Shown here in pieces: positions 60,436 through 64,000 of a stretch of DNA of 64,000 bases; position 1 is the first letter of the stretch, and every line of letters begins with the position of its first letter. The notes beneath the pieces were generated by a model. The model ran no database searches and was not told the origin of the DNA. It saw only the letters and a program-made list of their open reading frames with translations. The position numbers and the translations under genes were made by a program. Origin of the DNA: Utricularia gibba (taxonomy: Eukaryota; Plantae; Magnoliophyta); contig CM007991.1 in NCBI GenBank assembly GCA_002189035.1, positions 3,348,001 to 3,412,000 of the forward strand, given 5' to 3'.

Positions 60436-63400
60436 ATGGTGGCAGTGAAGGTAAAATCTAATTTTTCCTTGGAGTCTCTCTACTTTCGCTTCCTTATTAT
60501 TTCATTTTTTTTTTTACTTCAGGTTTGTTCTTAGACTGTTGAAGTTGTAGAGTACTTTAAAATGCGATCTCAAACTTTCTTGGGTGTTGATCTGCTTTTT
60601 TTGGCAACGAATTGTTAAATTTCTTCGGCATTTAGGAGAGACTGAAGAGTGCAGCGAGAAAAGCAGTCAAAGATTTGAAAATGAATGAAATTGGTAATTT
60701 CTGGGATATGATGTTGAATACAGCTTTTGGTTTTAGTTTTTTCCTCTTCCACCAGTATGATTCTTCCGCATCGTTGTACTAGGCAGGGGTAAGGGTCTCA
60801 GTATTTTTGTGGAATCCGGGAAAGCAAACGATGCTCGTGTTTCTCTCAATGGCTCCAAGTAAGTTTTAGTGTCTTTAAGTGTTTGTGGTGTCTGGTATAT
60901 ATATGTTCTTCACTCCTCGCGATCTATATGTGCGGATTTACATTTATATGTTTAGTAAGTCCTACCTTTGATTTTTCAATGTATTGTGCCGCCATTATAT
61001 ACAACTTCATTTATAAATTTCAGAACAGCTACTGCACGTAAGAGTGGTGAACTTCTGTATGCCAATGCTTCAAAGGTGAATGTTTGTTTATTGTCCAGGT
61101 ATTTTATTCTACTTGCGAACTGATTTCTTGTTTATTTGAGTAGTTTTTTTCCTGTACGCAGAGTTGCATTAAGGAGTCTGAGAACAAAGGAAAACAGCTG
61201 GGGAATGGTGGTGAGCTCAAGTTCCTCTCCTGAAATCCCAGAAAATAAGTTTCAATTGACAACTTGAGAGTTTTAATTTTGAACTAGTTGAGAAAATTTC
61301 AGTGAAACCAAGTGCGGGTAGGAAAGTTTTGGCTGATATTGGCAATGTGAAGCCCAAAGCATTTGAATCTATAAAGGGGAAAAGCCCCTTACGCCTGTGA
61401 GTCATTTTAAAAATTTCATTCCCTGCAGAAGTTGAATGTCCATTCTATTTGTATCATCTCATTTCATTCCTGAAAATGTCTGCTGGAAGCCCAAGGCTGC
61501 GGGATAAGAGCAATGTTTCAAACTTGACACGGCCTTCTCTTGAGAAAAAGAACTCAGGTATGTTTCCATTCCCTATATCAAGGAAGTACATTTTTTGAGA
61601 AAGAGAGAGAGAGGGAGAGAGAGAGAGAGAGCCTTTTTAATTGTTTTTTTTTTTTTTGGAACTGGTCAGCAGTTGTTCTTAAGAAACTTACAGCAGCCTC
61701 TCATGGTGGAAATGCCAGTCTTCCTAGCCATACTTCAGAGACATCAAGGTCTGGTCTACAATTATGAAATTTTGATCTTCTCCAGCATTGATGGTTCTAT
61801 GAATTATGATCTTTTGGCGAAAAAATATGTTTAGTTATTAATTATCGCGTTTCCTTTGTTTATATTTGTTTCTGAAGGAAATCATTGCCAATATTACAAC
61901 AGGTTAGTTGGGTGGAATGAAGTTCATGGATTATGGTTTTTTATCTGTGATACTGTGCAATTTTCATGTGGTGAACTGAAGGTAGTGTGTTTTCTGGTCA
62001 CAACAGGACTATTCTTATAAGTCAGATGCTCTAAGAGGAAAAAAAGGATTCCCTGGTAGTAATTAATCCATAATTCTACTGTTCAGAAACATTTCTCTGT
62101 ATATATGATGATCAATACTCTGAATTTTGCCTCACGTAGTGAAAGCTACTGGGAAGAAAAGTATTGCGCAGAAGCCAAGAAATTTGGGTAGCCGTCCTTG
62201 GGGAAATAGAATGAGCGATGGTTTTGTACTAATGTAAGGTCTTACGAAACCATTAATGTTAATGGGCTTCGCAAGTATTTTTTCTCCTTGAGGACATAAT
62301 GTAGAAAGTTGTTTGTTTTTTTTTTTGGTTTTTCTAATGAACTATAACATCCTCAGGAACTCCAAAAACTACTCAGGAACTTTGCCAAAGAAGCTTCCAA
62401 GGGTAACTGAGCCAATATTTCATTCATATTTCATGTTTCTTGCGGTGTGAATTTTTCAATGTATTTCTTATTATCATTATAATTGTTCTTGTTCAATGGT
62501 ATTGAAAAATTTTTTGCTTCTTAAATCATATTGATGAGAGGTGTAGCTTCCATAATAAGACAAGTGAAATTTTCATGATGGAACAGGCATCATATACGAA
62601 GCATTCATTTTGTTGTTTGATGTCAGCCTGCAGGAAAAGCAGTTGTTACAGGTCAAAGAGCACCAACGAACTCTGCTAACTCCAATATTAAGCCTGATGA
62701 TTTATCAAAAGTAAAGAAGGTGCAAGGAAAGGGCTCTGAGAATAAAACAGCTCCTTCAGTTGTATCCCATGACGATTCATCGAAAGAAGAGTATATTGTA
62801 GATTCAAACCCTTCCCGTAGGAAATCTAATCGCAGGAATTCTTTTACATCCTCATTGATAATGTCCACACCAAAGGTATCCTTGCTAGCTCCCATAAAAA
62901 TCTTGCTTCAAGTGTCTAAGACGGCTTGATATATGGATTTTTATTTTGAAGTTGATGAGGGAAAGTATGAGTATTACTCCATCAAGTACTCTACCACAAA
63001 TTTATGATGAGAACAATCACCTTGAAGTCAGTGACTACGTAGATGACATATATCAATATTATTGGGTTATGGAGGTTAGTCAATTGTTTGAAATCAAGCA
63101 AGTCGATGTGTAAGCTTTTTTCAATTATATATTAATATCATGAATATCATTATGCAGGCGCAGAATCCTCTGCCTAAGAACTACATGGAAAATCAATCCG
63201 AGGTTACACCACAGATGCGTGGTATACTGATCAACTGGCTTATTGAGGTGCTCTGGCTTTGGAATTATGTTCTCTCTCTCACTCTCTCTCTGGTGTTATG
63301 CTTCATAAAACTAATCAATTTCACATTGTCTTGGAACCATTTGTATTTCAGGTTCACTTGAGGTTCGATTTGATGGAAGAAACTCTCTTCTTAACTATCT

Positions 63401-64000
63401 TGTTGTTGGATCGCTACTTATCACTTGAGACCATCAGGAAGAACGAAATGCAGTTAGTTGGCCTTACCGTTCTGTTATTAGCCTCTAAATATGAAGATTT
63501 TTGGCATCCAAGGGTACGTAATGGTTTTCATAGCGTCATTGCAGATTATCCAAAATCAATAACTACACATTTCCATTACAACTTCTTGATTAATCCATTG
63601 CAGGTTTCGGATTTGATAAGTATATCTGCAGAACCACTCACTAGGGATCAAGTGCTTAAAATGGTTCGTTCAGTCCCTTTCTTCATGTTCATTCGTACCT
63701 TCTTTTCCCTGACGTGCTCGTGAAAGTTTCATTCCTCTTTTGTGGACTTAAATTCCCATGAGAACAAAGCCTTTTTTTTTTTTTTTTTTTTGCCTTACAT
63801 GCGGAACTCTTCATGACAAACTAGCACTCTTTGAAACTATGGATATCAGGAGAAAACAATACTGAAGAAACTGAAGTTCCGTCTGAATGAGCCAACCACT
63901 TATGTCTTCATGCTCAGGTTTCTGAAGGCTGCTCAATCGAAGGTTAAAAAGGTATCCCCTAAAATGCTTAGAATACACACGTTCTTCTTACATTCATCAT
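60436..64000 (+). CDS. CYCB3;1: Cyclin B3-like, 3' end beyond the window
   Basis: Short first exon MVAVK, RKVLADIGNV (D-box-like), RRNSFTSSL, NHLEVSDYVDDIYQYYWVME|AQNP, VTPQMRGILINWLIEVH, LLLASKYEDFWHPRV, LKFRLNEPTTYVFMLRFLKAAQS. Confidence 0.85.
61597..61631. repeat. (GA)n microsatellite in a CYCB3 intron
   Basis: Seen directly. Confidence 0.85.

Overview
Eudicot plant nuclear DNA, very gene-dense, with mostly 70-110 nt introns and short AT-rich spacers. This suggests a miniature genome such as Lentibulariaceae, which is an inference only. I found no prokaryotic features, CRISPR arrays, rRNA or tRNA genes. Nineteen conserved genes are recognisable, in order: a GT4-like glycosyltransferase (partial), XBCP3-like protease, WAT1, a Pro-rich HIPP, TMCO1-like, LEC1-type NF-YB, TAF1A-like, a USP-domain protein, a RING-vWA E3, NHX5/6, an SMP1-like LEA, a NAC020/045/086-clade NAC, DUF620, APL, SSADH, an unknown 130-aa protein, a SERAC1-like hydrolase, an X8 protein and CYCB3 (partial). 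There is also a decayed MAP70-5-like pseudogene. The most novel part is about 25.9-33.9 kb, a three-fold tandem duplication of a two-gene cassette encoding unrecognised small secreted precursors. Family A is a signal peptide plus 3-6 repeats of R-P-R-S-P-S-A-P-x-E-V-x-x-P-N. Family B is a GRP-like signal peptide plus a duplicated exon encoding GRISHGVGQAKRPGHPG. The copies differ in repeat number and in degree of decay. Ten apparent frameshifts in five genes are all one-base contractions of + strand G runs, most likely consensus sequencing errors. All exon structures were deduced by hand from splice motifs and remembered family motifs, not from database searches.
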